Origin: Paecilomyces variotii
Taxonomy: Eukaryota
DNA length: 64,000 bases
Reading direction: 5' to 3' (one strand)
Assembly (NCBI GenBank): GCA_004022145.1
Contig: RCNU01000008.1
Under the pieces are notes generated by a model. That model was not told the origin of the DNA. It searched no databases and saw nothing but the letters and a program-made list of their open reading frames with translations. This document shows positions 10,096 through 21,642 of the stretch, in pieces; positions within the stretch are counted from its first letter, which is position 1; the number at the start of each line of letters is the position of its first letter. The position numbers and the translations under genes were made by a program.

Positions 10096-11810
10096 TGTAC
10101 GGATTGCTTTTATAGGAATTTGAACAACGGACTATTCCATCTAGCGATCATCACAATGATTCTCTTGTCTTAGATACATTGCTTTTCGGGCCTAGTGATT
10201 CAATAATCCAGGTATCCGAGGAAAAACAAGGATAGAAACAAGACCTACGTGACTTTGGACCGGTGCACCAAGACCCCCTTCAAGGCTACTATGCTAGTTA
10301 TCTATCGGAAGTCGACTAGACGACTCGACCAAAAAGGAGAACTCCTCAGAGGTCTGGTCCTAGCTGGATCTAACATTATCTATCAAAAATTTCCCGTACA
10401 ATGTCTAGACAGCATTGATCATAATGCTGAGTAAGGAGATTCCCAGCGCCGTTCGGAAGAATTATTTCCTCCAGGCTACAGGCAAAAGACGTTGATACGG
10501 AGAATCTGATCCGATCCTCATGTCCCCGGCCACGTACGCACGGTACTTTCGGTAACCGCCCTGATGATCCTAGACGCCGTGTGGCAAGACCCAGACGTAA
10601 GCGATGTGTCGAGCAAAATCTCCGTACTTCGGCTGTGTGGACGGATACAACGAGTATCGCATCTGAAACCTGCTTCGGTGCCCAGAAGATCAGTTTTGAG
10701 TCCCAAGCCACGTGTCGAGGAGGCGGGGATGGGGCGGAGCAAGCCTGGTGGAGTTTGGGATGTCGATCGGTCCGATCCGCGGGGTCCGCTCGTATGCGGA
10801 GGTTCTCAAATAATAATAGCACCGCTCTCGTATACTAATCCTGGAGGATTTTTGGTGGATATGGGTCTTTGAGCATTATGCGCAACACCAACGCGCAACC
10901 TCGTATGATTTCATCCGACAGAAGAGGCGCTCTGGTTGTGTGACATCTGTTCTTGCTCGGAATCCGACGATCAGACGATAGACCTGCAATTACGTCACAG
11001 GATCAATGCCCGATGTATTCTAGTCAAGCATAGCAGCATCGGGGTAATACTATTGCTCTGAATCAAATGCATTCTTGTACCGACCGTTGGTTTATTCCAC
11101 TATTCTCCAGCGGACAAGCGACTCTGGAGGCGACTAGTTCACTTGTCACATGTAGGATATGCCCCATCCATGCAGCTTGCCGAACGCCTTATCCTATCGT
11201 GTAGTCGAAGAAAACTGGTCAACTGGAGTACCAATGGAAACAGCTAAGCAAGTTCGTAATACGGTAACCAAACCTCAGTCAACGTTTCGAATCAAGAGTT
11301 AAACGTAGGCTGAGTGAAACCTGAGGCATCATATATTGGATCCCTAACCCTTCCACGGTCATCTATGGCCATGAAGTTCTGTGGGAAATGATATCAGATA
11401 CACGCGATGGATAAACTGCAATCAACCCTACTCCAACGCCATCCGACTTCAGTGCAAACTGTATGGGTTATGTGGATCTGGTGTATGAATATATGACTCG
11501 TAACCAACTGTGGGCCGAGCAAAAACCGCTGACGAACAAGATGCAACGGAAAGGAGTAGAAGGGGGAGAATCACTATCGTCCCTCATAATCCATCTCTAG
11601 TGAAGGGTGAATGAGCTGCATGGCAGCCATCAAGCCATCAAATCATCAAGTATAAATAAGAATCGGGTCAACATAACAGGATGACCGACAAGAGAAAAGA
11701 AAGGGAAGAAAAGAGAAAGAAACAGAAGATCATAGCATGTCATACAATATCATGGCATTTTCATTTGAACGCAAGTGGCAGAATCACCTGGGAGGTTGAT
11801 TCGAAAGAGT

Positions 11811-13472
11811 TCAATAGGTAGACTGTCGTCTGCCCAGGGGAGGATCATCATATCGAGAGCGATAGTAGTCGGGAGTATAGCTGACGTTGCTGGGCTTGAT
11901 CTCGGGAGCTACCTTGATGTCTTTCTCCTTAAAACGGATACCGTGAGAGTAAGACGGTCGGGAGCTGGGCGTCTGCACTGACTGGAAGCGGCATGGAACT
12001 TCCGGAGAATAAGTATATGTTCGAGTAGGCTGCGACCCCGTCCTGGAAGACATAGACGGGCGTACAACAGAGGGGCCTTCTGGCCGCACAGGTGAAACAC
12101 TCCTCTGATGCCGATATGAAGTCTCAGCAGGCTCCACCACTATAGTATCTTGTTTGTCTCCAGGGATTTTGTATCTGACGGGCGGTTTCGGAGAGTTGCC
12201 ATTTTGTCGCATCTCAGGAGTGCCAGGACTTGAGTAGCCTTCGTCCGTGCTACCCTTCACTTTCGAGGTTCTAACAGATCCAGAATTTGGGGGAGGAACC
12301 ATCCTCGAGAGGGGGTTGTCAGACCGGGAGCTCGACTCCTTCTGACTCGCGTAAGCCGCGGGGGATGACCGCGCTGACTGGAGAGGCGGTTTTGCCGAAG
12401 AAGGAATCTTGATTCCCGCGGGAGAAGAATAAGATGTTGGCATGCTGGGAGGTTCACGAGATGTCCGCGTAGTGTCTCTTCTCGAATGTGTGCGGGTTGA
12501 ACGTCGCGGCTCAGGTTCCCCATCTGTGTATCCGTGCTCGTATTTCTGCGGTTCGGAATACTTTGGTGGGGAGTTGGAAGGACGCGCTCGCCGATCAACC
12601 TCGATAGGGGGATTACCTCTTGAGCGCATGATGTAGTCTTGAGCTGAAGTTTGCAAACGCTCGTGTTTTGTTTTCCAGGAATCGGGATATTCATCCTCAC
12701 CGTCCTCGTAATATCTAGGATCGCGTCGTGGTGGGGACGATTCCGGTTTTGTCTTTCTCGAAGAATATGTTTCTCGGGTCCGTTTGCTCTCAGCAGGTCG
12801 TACCTTGACGACGAATGGTCTCTCTGAACCGGAAGATTCGTCTGCACTTTCGAAATAGGGCGCGTATTTATCAGAGGCTTCTCTCCTTCGAGTCTTGCTC
12901 CGATACTTCGCCCGTTCGGCATGAGTCGCTTTCAGACTTTCGCGCGTGTATTCCCTAGTGCGGTGGAAATCTGAAGGCTCGGCCTTGGACCGTGTTTTCT
13001 CGTCCGTGGCCTTGGAGCGCTGTTTCCTGCGAGTATCATATCTCCTGGAGGCCGGCTGTGTTTCCTCTGTGACTGGAACTTCCTCCTCGTAGAAACGCGC
13101 ATCAGCAGGAACTCTCTCTTCATAGACCCGTCCATCACGATATTCTCGTGCACCGCTAGAAGCGGCTGTGCGAGGAAAGCTGTATGGAGAGGAGCCACCG
13201 CCAGCGCGCTCCATGGCTTCCTTTCGAAGTTCCGCCAAGCGCACCTTCTGGTCGTACCTCGTCCGCTTGGTCTCATCCGAGAGCAGCTCGTACGCTTGTT
13301 GCACTCGTTGGAACTCATCTTGAGCCGCATTCCGCAGGGATTCATCCTTCACTTTATCAGGGTGGCATTTAAGTACGAGTTTTCGATGGGCGGATTTGAT
13401 CTCAGGTAGGGTGGCATCTTTCTTGACTCCCAGGACGACATATGGATCGATAGTAGGTGGCGATAAAGACAT
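11811..13472 (-). CDS. DnaJ (J-domain) protein with a long low-complexity Ser/Pro/Arg-rich C-terminus
   Basis: 553-aa single-exon ORF; N-terminal J domain DPYVVLGV...EIKSAHRKLVLKCHPDK...FQRVQQAYELLSD...RYD. Confidence 0.9.
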   Translation of the reverse strand: MSLSPPTIDPYVVLGVKKDATLPEIKSAHRKLVLKCHPDKVKDESLRNAAQDEFQRVQQAYELLSDETKRTRYDQKVRLAELRKEAMERAGGGSSPYSFPRTAASSGAREYRDGRVYEERVPADARFYEEEVPVTEETQPASRRYDTRRKQRSKATDEKTRSKAEPSDFHRTREYTRESLKATHAERAKYRSKTRRREASDKYAPYFESADESSGSERPFVVKVRPAESKRTRETYSSRKTKPESSPPRRDPRYYEDGEDEYPDSWKTKHERLQTSAQDYIMRSRGNPPIEVDRRARPSNSPPKYSEPQKYEHGYTDGEPEPRRSTRTHSRRDTTRTSREPPSMPTSYSSPAGIKIPSSAKPPLQSARSSPAAYASQKESSSRSDNPLSRMVPPPNSGSVRTSKVKGSTDEGYSSPGTPEMRQNGNSPKPPVRYKIPGDKQDTIVVEPAETSYRHQRSVSPVRPEGPSVVRPSMSSRTGSQPTRTYTYSPEVPCRFQSVQTPSSRPSYSHGIRFKEKDIKVAPEIKPSNVSYTPDYYRSRYDDPPLGRRQSTY

Positions 13473-16400
13473 GTTGGTATGTTTCCAAACCGAGGGACTT
13501 CCACGGATGGATACAGTCCCTTGTTCAGAAATTGAGCGATTGGGGCAGGAAATAAAAGAGCGTTTAGGCGAGAGATATTGTAGGCAGGTATATGCAGGGT
13601 CAGTACGTCAACCTGTCTCTCGGATGGCGTTGATCAATTCATGGTCGGGGCTCCGCAGCAGGGACGCGAGTCTGTCATTAAGAATGTAAGAATGTAAGTC
13701 ACGCACGTTGCAGACAATTCGACCGTGACAGATGAAAGTCGGACAGAGTGGGAATGAGTCGGGAGATCTATTGTTGCCGTCGTCGCAGCGACAGGAGATC
13801 GAAGGGAACGACCGCGGCCTTTCCCTGGAACGGCTTGGTTGAGATCCGCGGGATGGGTGGCACGGGGAGCCCGGAGACAGGGCAAGCGTAAATGGGCGTA
13901 AAAACGGGGCCTTACGGGTCAAGTACGAAGGCGAGAAGATCCAAGGGGACTGCGCCACGATGTCTGCCCTAGAGTAGAGCAGCAGAGCAGAGTAATAACT
14001 TAGCACTGTCGATGCTGTCGCGCTGCTGAGGTGGCACTCTGGCGCTTAGTCACGATGAGCAGACGCCAAGCTGGGCAGATCTGACGGTGGAAAAGGTCGC
14101 AGCTGGATAATCCAACCGAAGAAGAAGCGACGTTGCTTATGTCTGCTGATGATATCCTCACTGTCTTCGCAGTGATGTCGAAGTCGACAAGTGGTGATAA
14201 TGATTGATGTCTCAAGCCCCGGAGAATCAACTGCCGCGACTGGACACCAGGCGACTCACGGGCTGACCAAGTACCTGGCCGTTCCCCCGTTTACCCCTCC
14301 GAGAACCCTTCTCGCCAGGAGAGAGAGAGAGCCAGCGGTGTGCGGGCCGATGAAGACGAAACAGAAGAATGGAGACGTCTGCTGCAGAAGTCGTCGACGA
14401 CCAGTCGTGACGGTTCTGCTTTAACCTCTCGGAACCTGCAAGCAATATCCGGTGATAGAGCGGTCAACAATGCCTAGCAACCACGGTTCCTTGAGGTTTG
14501 AGCTAGACAAGAGTACAAGAGTAATTGGTGTTGCGGTGCCCGAGGGAGCAATAGATCAGGCGAGAGTGATGCCCGCAAACGAAGAGACAGGACCAAAATA
14601 ATATACCAACAACAACCACCAGTCTTGCTGTGTATAGCCATCAACTGCCCGACGCGGTTAACCGTGATCCCACCTCTGTTATAGCGATGTATGCTGGCCA
14701 AAAAGCTGCTCCTGAAGGTTCACCCTCCATGCTCTAGGCTATCTGGTGGCCCATCCATCTCACCCACGGCGACCCTCATCGTGGACCCCTCACTCGTTAC
14801 TAGTGATAGACATTGCCCACCACAGGTTGCCCCAAGCTTCTTGGTCCCTGCTTCATCCGAAGGCCATACCAGCGATCTCCAGGCTATCGCTGCCCTTTCA
14901 TTCATCATCCGACAAGACACATGCATTTTAGCATCGGCCGGTCTGCGCCTTTTTGCCGTATAATCAGCCAGCGAGCGACGACTGGATCCGCCATGAAATC
15001 CATCAAGCTTCCATCAGTGGCCGCCTTAGATCCGTCCCCGCCTCCTCCCACTTTGCCCTGATCTTCTATTGCTTCTTGCGCCCGTCCAGCTCGGTCCTTT
15101 TTTTCGCCTCCTCGCTAGGTGACTGTCTAGACGTTGTTCTTTCGCCGCGTCTCCATGACCGTACGATCCAATATTCTGCGACGGTGACCGGGCACACGCC
15201 CCCGTCAGGAACTTGCGCTACACCACTGAGGAAATCATCCTGGAACGCCTCCAAGCGTGTGTCACCTGCATGTGGTTATCACATTTTGCCAAGTACCAGG
15301 TACCAAGTAAGCACCTGCTATAACGCGCTAGTTACTCTCTACTAGACGACGGTCAGCAGGGTATCTAGTACATACGTGAAAAGTCTCCATACCAGAATAA
15401 ATCCCTTTTATTGGAACCCCTCCATTGGGGGCATCCTATAGGATCCGGTCACTGGCGCGGCATGGCGCAGTGTAGCAGTCTATCCTTGCTCCTCGTGTCT
15501 ATGTCTCTCCAGATAGCGCACCCCTCATAATGGTCAGGGCAGTCAGTCATCTGAAAGGCTGTCCCTAGTAATAATAATAGCCCACGGCTCATACATCCAA
15601 TTTGAGTATCCACGACAGAGGACCCGGACATAATATAACTTGACCTATTGGAACGCATCTTTCACTTATTCATGTTCATTTTGGCAGAACCTTTCAATTT
15701 TTTTTTTTCTTTTTGACGGGTGGCTTGCCCATCATCCCGCTGTTCAGTGAGATCATGATAAGGCCAACCATAGAGATACTTCGAACGCCTCAGGTCGTTT
15801 GTTCTGCGACCTTGGAGGTACGACCATCTGACATTTCACTCGCACTGCCGTCTGCAGCAATCCTTGCTCCATGACTGCAGGGCTCGGTAGCGTAGCAGAG
15901 TAACTACCACATGCCAAAACCTGCGCTAACAGTTTTCCACACACCTTCGGACAGACGCAATTGGCAGCTGTCATGGCCGCCTCTTCCGCTGTCGGGGACC
16001 ATGGCTGCAGGAGGACAGGGACCTTAGCACATCGCACCAACGTAACGGGCTCTGGAGTTGCTGCATAAGTAGCTGTGTAACTGGGACAAATAGGTTCGCG
16101 CCGTTTTGACGTTCCTTTTCGGTGCTTTGCGTCCGAAGTCCAGGAACAGATTCTTTTGTGTAATTACCGCCGTTACCTCGCAGTAAACGTGACTCCCCGC
16201 ATCTCCAACGATAGCTACCAGGGCATGTTTATGTCATGGTTCGAATGTCGAGAGATTTCGCCAGCATCGATATCGTGCTGTAGAATGACTAGGTCGGTGC
16301 ACAACAATGCTGCCAGAAACGCTGATGAGGTATCCAAGCTATACATCTGAACTGGTATTTTACGCCGTTTGACTCTGTAGTTGTAGTGACCGGCTGACAG

Positions 16401-17761
16401 AATAGTCAAAGCAAAAGCCTCAAGAGGCTAGATGCACATCGATATCCTTCTAGCAAAGATATAGCTCAATCACGATGCTGCCTAGTCCACAGGTTTCGGA
16501 TCGATTGGAACGTAAATTAGCCCCGATTCAGAGTGCTCGTAGGTGGATATCAGATCATTTACGGAGTACTGTGTGCTCATTGTTTCCACCCTCAGGCGGG
16601 GTTTTGAGTAACTTATCGATTGGCGGCCCGCCTGCCCGCGCCCGGGCACGGCCCGTTCCAACAGTGGCCCATGGGAGAGCGTGAGTCTGTGAGATCGACT
16701 AGATATTAGCAGGCTTCCAACTAATCTTTCTGCTGAAGATCCTCGACCAGACCTAGAAATTATTAGACAAGGCTGGACCAGTATTACAGTAGATCGCACT
16801 CCCACGCACCCTGCAGTCTGTCAGACAAGACGACCATATAGAAATCTGGAGCTATCATTCGTCCACTAGAGAGCGTTGACCGGCGGTGACTATCCTCTCT
16901 TGGACGGCCTTATATAATTCGGAATTATTTTCAGCCTCGTCTTCGTGAGACAGGGCGCTCCACTGGTTATTTTGTTCTGGAATGGTGCAAGTTCAGCGTA
17001 CTAATGTCCAGTTCGCACATGGGGGGGTCCAGCGACTGTCAGCAGGGCCTCTCAGCAGGGCTTGCGACCCAAATCATCACAGTGGCCGATTCCCGTGCCT
17101 TTTTCAGCCGCTGGCTGCCAGGTGACCTGTGTAGGGGATCAAAGCTGATTCTGGAAACTTGTCAACCCTTGTGATCGGCGATTATGATTGTATTCGTCGT
17201 CGGTACCTAGAGGAATTCAGGTTTGCAACTCTAGCTCCAAGCTTATCTTGAGCATTTCTGGATTTGGTTACCCTCAACGCTTCTCGAGGATGATGATAGA
17301 AGTACCGCGCACATGAGTTATTGGGATCGCTCACGTCTATCGCTAACCGGCAGCTTGCATGGTACAGATGGGCTTTCTATGGGTCGTGGACTCGTACGGA
17401 TATGCGACCAGTCGTCTGTCCGATCACGATGCGATTCCGCGACTTTCGAAAGTTTTTGTCGCGGTGCTCAAGAAGATCATAGGCCACGTTGCTAGTCGTA
17501 TCAGATGGGAATATTCTCGCGTTTCAAGCGGCGGCCATATTACGCTGAAATGGAGCGCTCGTCGATGAAGGATTATGCACGCACTAACGGGAAAGGCGAC
17601 CAAGGCACTTGTGCATGATGAGAGCCAATCATACCTTGCAACGAGTAATAGAGCTCATGTATTTACGCCCCGACACTATGGCTGCCAGATGCAACCGGCA
17701 TATGGGTACCCAATGATGACTTGATGAGATTATTGATCGATTCACGGATACCGTTTCCTCA

Positions 17762-18956
17762 TCACCGCCCAGCAGTAGTTGCTGTATTGGCTCCTGTCGC
17801 TATGTGATAGTCCCAGGCTGGTAGATCTAGGTCGACAATGATTGGAGCATGAAACCTCTTTCCTTCTTTATGCGGCCAACTGGTAGCTACAATAGCAGCG
17901 TTGACAACACACGTCTCTCTTCTCTTTGGCCTTTCCTCGGATTCCACCAGGGGCATAGGGTCCTTGTCTGATCGACCAATTTGCAGAGTTGATGAAGCAT
18001 TTCTTATACCGGAGCAATCGTGTCCAGGTTGTGGTGTATACGTCTGCTCCAGGCCTGGATCCGCATAGCTCTGAATACTGAAGTTGTCAAGCCGTCTTTG
18101 CTTCTTTCCTGTCAGGTCAACAAGAGACTGTTTTTTGCTCCCCATGGGAGGCAGGTCGCCAGTCATCACCTCTTCTTTGTTGAATCCATTGTCGGACGGG
18201 GAGCTCTCCCATCGAATCCTGTGGTAACCACGACCTTCGTGTACATGTCCGCATACTACCAGCATTGGTTTGAGCTTTTTCAATGCCTTATAGAGTCCTT
18301 CGCAACCAACTGCAACGCGTTCCTTGTGAGGACTATTTGGTAGATTGGGCGGCACATGCGTCACAACTATGTCTGTAGCAATTGGAATCTGTTGCCACAG
18401 TTTGTATGCGTCCTCGGGCTCATACCCGAATGCCCAGTCTCCTTTGAATCTCGAATAGGGTGACCCAAAAACGGTGAACGTCGTTCTGGGTCCTTCTGGC
18501 TTCGTCAACCGAATAGTAGTGGAAGCATGACGAAGGAAAACAATCGGCGTAGACGTTTTCGTGATAAGCTCGATACACTTTTCAGGATCCTCCAGGTTCT
18601 GCTTATGGAATTTAGGACCATGTTGCGTATAAAACTCCGGATCTAATGTGATATCGTGGTTACCTGCAGGTCATCTTTCAGCAAATGCCGTCTTGGTCAA
18701 GTAACTGAGAATAGAAGTTTTTTACTCAAAGAAACTCACCTGCAACTATAATCTTCACCTCATAATCTGCCTTGCTAATCCAGTCGATGGTCCTCCGCAA
18801 TTCAGTCATGCTGCCGTGATTCGTGAGGTCACCAGCATGAATAAAAACGTCACCCTTTGGTAGTTTGAATCCAGCTTCCGATGGTGTATACCCATGAGTA
18901 TCCGATACGCATACTATGCGTGTTTTTCTATACAGTCTGCTTGCAGGATCCTCCAT
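17762..18956 (-). CDS. Calcineurin-like metallophosphoesterase (MPPED/239FB-like)
   Basis: Intron 18664-18739 joins AG|NHD; motifs VSDTHG, HAGDLT, GNHD, THVPP, GHVHE. Confidence 0.9.
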
Positions 18957-19754
18957 GGTGAGCTACTAATGTACCCCTAGGGAAGTTTATCTCAAATATA
19001 TATCTCTCTAGGATGGGTGGAAGAAGAACACAATTCCATAGGCTAAAGAGATCGGGGGAGAATAACCAAAAAAGGGATGAGTTTATATCGCTCCAGATTA
19101 TGATAGCCCCTGAAGAAAAAGCAGATGGACATCATGAGAAATCAGCACTGCCTTGTTACACGTGCATGTCTCTATCCAGCAAAGCATGTGACGGATACTG
19201 CTGACTCAGCGAGACTGGTGGCTCCATCCATTTCCGACACTCCACAGTTTTCTAGTAAATGACATTCGTGCTTCAAGGACATTAGGATAGTATGCCGTTC
19301 TTATGCACAATATAGTACACTTTATTCTCATGACAGAATCAAGGAATCGGCCATAAGATGAAGTGATTGTGGCAAGACTCAAGATCAACTCAGGAATAGA
19401 ATGTATCCTAGAATGTGGGCATACTTAGCGGAAGATAGCCACACATGTTATCAAGAAGTAGATAACCTACAATGTGCAGACTAGAGTAGATCGTAATAGG
19501 AGTTGGAGAGATTCTGGGGATGGATATGAATATTCTGCTCCGGTTAGGATACGCTCTTGATTTCTGATACTAGTTAAGCTAACGTAGTCATAAACAATCC
19601 CAAGGCTCAACTTGATCGCCTATAATTATGTCACTAAAGAGATCTAACTATCTATCAATGCGCTTGAGGGTTGCTAATCACTAGCGGCACGCTAAGTAGG
19701 AATTACTCTATTGAGGATGAGAATTGGTAGAAGAGAGACCCGTGGAGTCCAATG

Positions 19755-19805
19755 TCACGTGCCTACGGGGCACTGGATTGGCTCGAGTTAGGGTTGTGGC
19801 CCTTA
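19755..19805 (+). promoter_or_regulatory. Cbf1-type E-box (TCACGTG, 19755-19761) plus Tbf1-like pseudo-palindrome (TTAGGGTTGTGGCCCTTA, 19788-19805) upstream of the ribosomal protein gene
   Basis: Both motifs lie about 180-230 bp upstream of the RPL16 ATG. Confidence 0.5.
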
Positions 19806-19986
19806 AGCAACTTCCGCACAAATTAGCCTCGCTTAGGCTTTTACTGCGAACCATCCGACTCCGTGGTGTGCGTCGACCTGACCACAACGACTACAACCGC
19901 CGACAACAACGATACCCGAGGGATATCCTAGAGCATAGCTCTTTTTTCAGCTGGATATTTGCCTTGAGAGACGGTGAAAGAGCAGG

Positions 19987-20925
19987 ATGTCCTCCTTCGA
20001 GCCGGTTGTGCGTGTCCCTCTTTTCCGTCTATTGATCGTCACTGCGAAAGAAAAACCGCTGACTTGCGATGGGATTTATAGGTCGTCATTGACGGCAAGG
20101 GACACCTCCTTGGTCGCCTGGCCAGCACCGTGGCAAAGCAGCTGCTCGCTGGTCAGAAGATCGTCGTCGTGAGATGTGAAGCCCTCAACATCTCTGGCGA
20201 GTTCTTCCGCGCTAAGCGTACGTACATCGAATTCTGAAGATTATTCCGTTTGCATGGGATGGGCGGACTGCGGCGGAGGAAAGAAAAGGACAATTGAGCG
20301 AAGACTGACCTGAGATGCTGGATATAGTGAAGTACCACGCCTACCTCCGCAAGATGACCCGTTACAACCCTACCCGAGGAGGTGAGACCGATAATGATCG
20401 AGATTCCGCCATATGAACACGGGCTAAACCGATATCCAGGTCCCTTCCACTTCCGTGCCCCGTCCCGCATCTTCTACAAGACTGTCCGTGGCATGATTCC
20501 CCACAAGACCGCCCGTGGTGCTGCCGCCATGGAGAGACTTAAGGTCTTCGAGGGTGTCCCTGCCCCCTACGACAAGAAGAAGCGTGTCGTCGTTCCCCAG
20601 GCTCTGCGTATCCTCAGACTCAAGCCCGGCCGCAAGTACTGCACTGTTGGCAGACTGAGCCACGAGGTTGGCTGGAAGTACCAGGACGTTGTTGCCAGGT
20701 ATGTTTCGATAGCCATGTTTATAGGATCAGCATGGAACTTTTCTTTGCTGGTCTACGTTCTTTCTATGAATACTAACGTTACATAGACTCGAGGAGCGGA
20801 GAAAGGTCAAGGGTGCTGCATACTACGAGCGCAAGAAGGCTGCCCGCAGACAGCTCGTCTCCGCGCAGAACTCTGCGAACGTCGACGAGAAGACCAAGAG
20901 CCAGCTGGCCGAGTACGGCTACTAG
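19987..20925 (+). CDS. RPL16: 60S ribosomal protein L16 (uL13, vertebrate L13a)
   Basis: Five exons (introns 20008-20081, 20218-20327, 20382-20439, 20699-20786): [22 protein letters not shown]...[24 protein letters not shown]...QLAEYGY*. Confidence 0.97.
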
Positions 20926-21642
20926 ATACCTCGCGGCGTGGTTGGTTGTTTGCGTTATTGATGAAATGAGCGGAATCGCGAACGGGTTTCATAGCGGATT
21001 GAACAGCTAGCAGATCGACCTTTTTCCCCAATGTCCCGACCTGATCATGAATATCTATGATGCTGCGATGGAGACGGAGGCCAAACGGATTAATTTCTGC
21101 GCGGAGTCACCAGGGATGAAAGGTTGTTTCAGAATAGCGCACCGTTATTACGCACCGTCGCGGTTAATCCAAAAGAATTTCCGTGCTTCAGGACGGCCTC
21201 CAATGAATGTCTCTCCAAGTTTAGACCGCATGTTTGTCTTAATTGCCGGTCCTATCTCGTAATACTTGCGGTGCCAGTGGTATTTGAAGTGTCCCTTAAA
21301 GCGGTAGCCGGTTAAGCCTTGCGGCTTGAATCTGCGTTATCCGGGCTACAGTCGGCGCAACTGTGATAGTAAAAAGTCGCCGAAGACCCTGTAATAAACA
21401 TAATAAGTCGGGCCCTTTTTGTTATCCGTTGGTTAGCCGAAATATGGACCTTGGCAAGTCCGGGTGGTTATTCTCGGCCTTGTTCGGCTGTTCAACCGTC
21501 GGCCCGTGCCTCCTGCTTCCCCAGGTTTACTTCCGCAGATCCCCGCATCTCTTTCCGGGCTTATTTGAAAGGGCGCGTCGGATTGCCAGCATTAGTATTC
21601 TTCCCAGTAATTCTGATTGCGCGCAGGAGCACACCCATCACA

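Noticed and set aside
10064-11000. Poly(T) as the tail of a retroposed element, plus adjacent short ORFs
   Set aside because: I found no target-site duplication and no RT or SINE features, and the ORFs have no recognisable homology.
20218-20327. Intronic snoRNA in RPL16 (vertebrate RPL13A hosts C/D snoRNAs)
   Set aside because: No RTGATGA C box paired with a terminal CTGA and stem was seen. An Infernal/snoscan search would be needed to exclude it fully.
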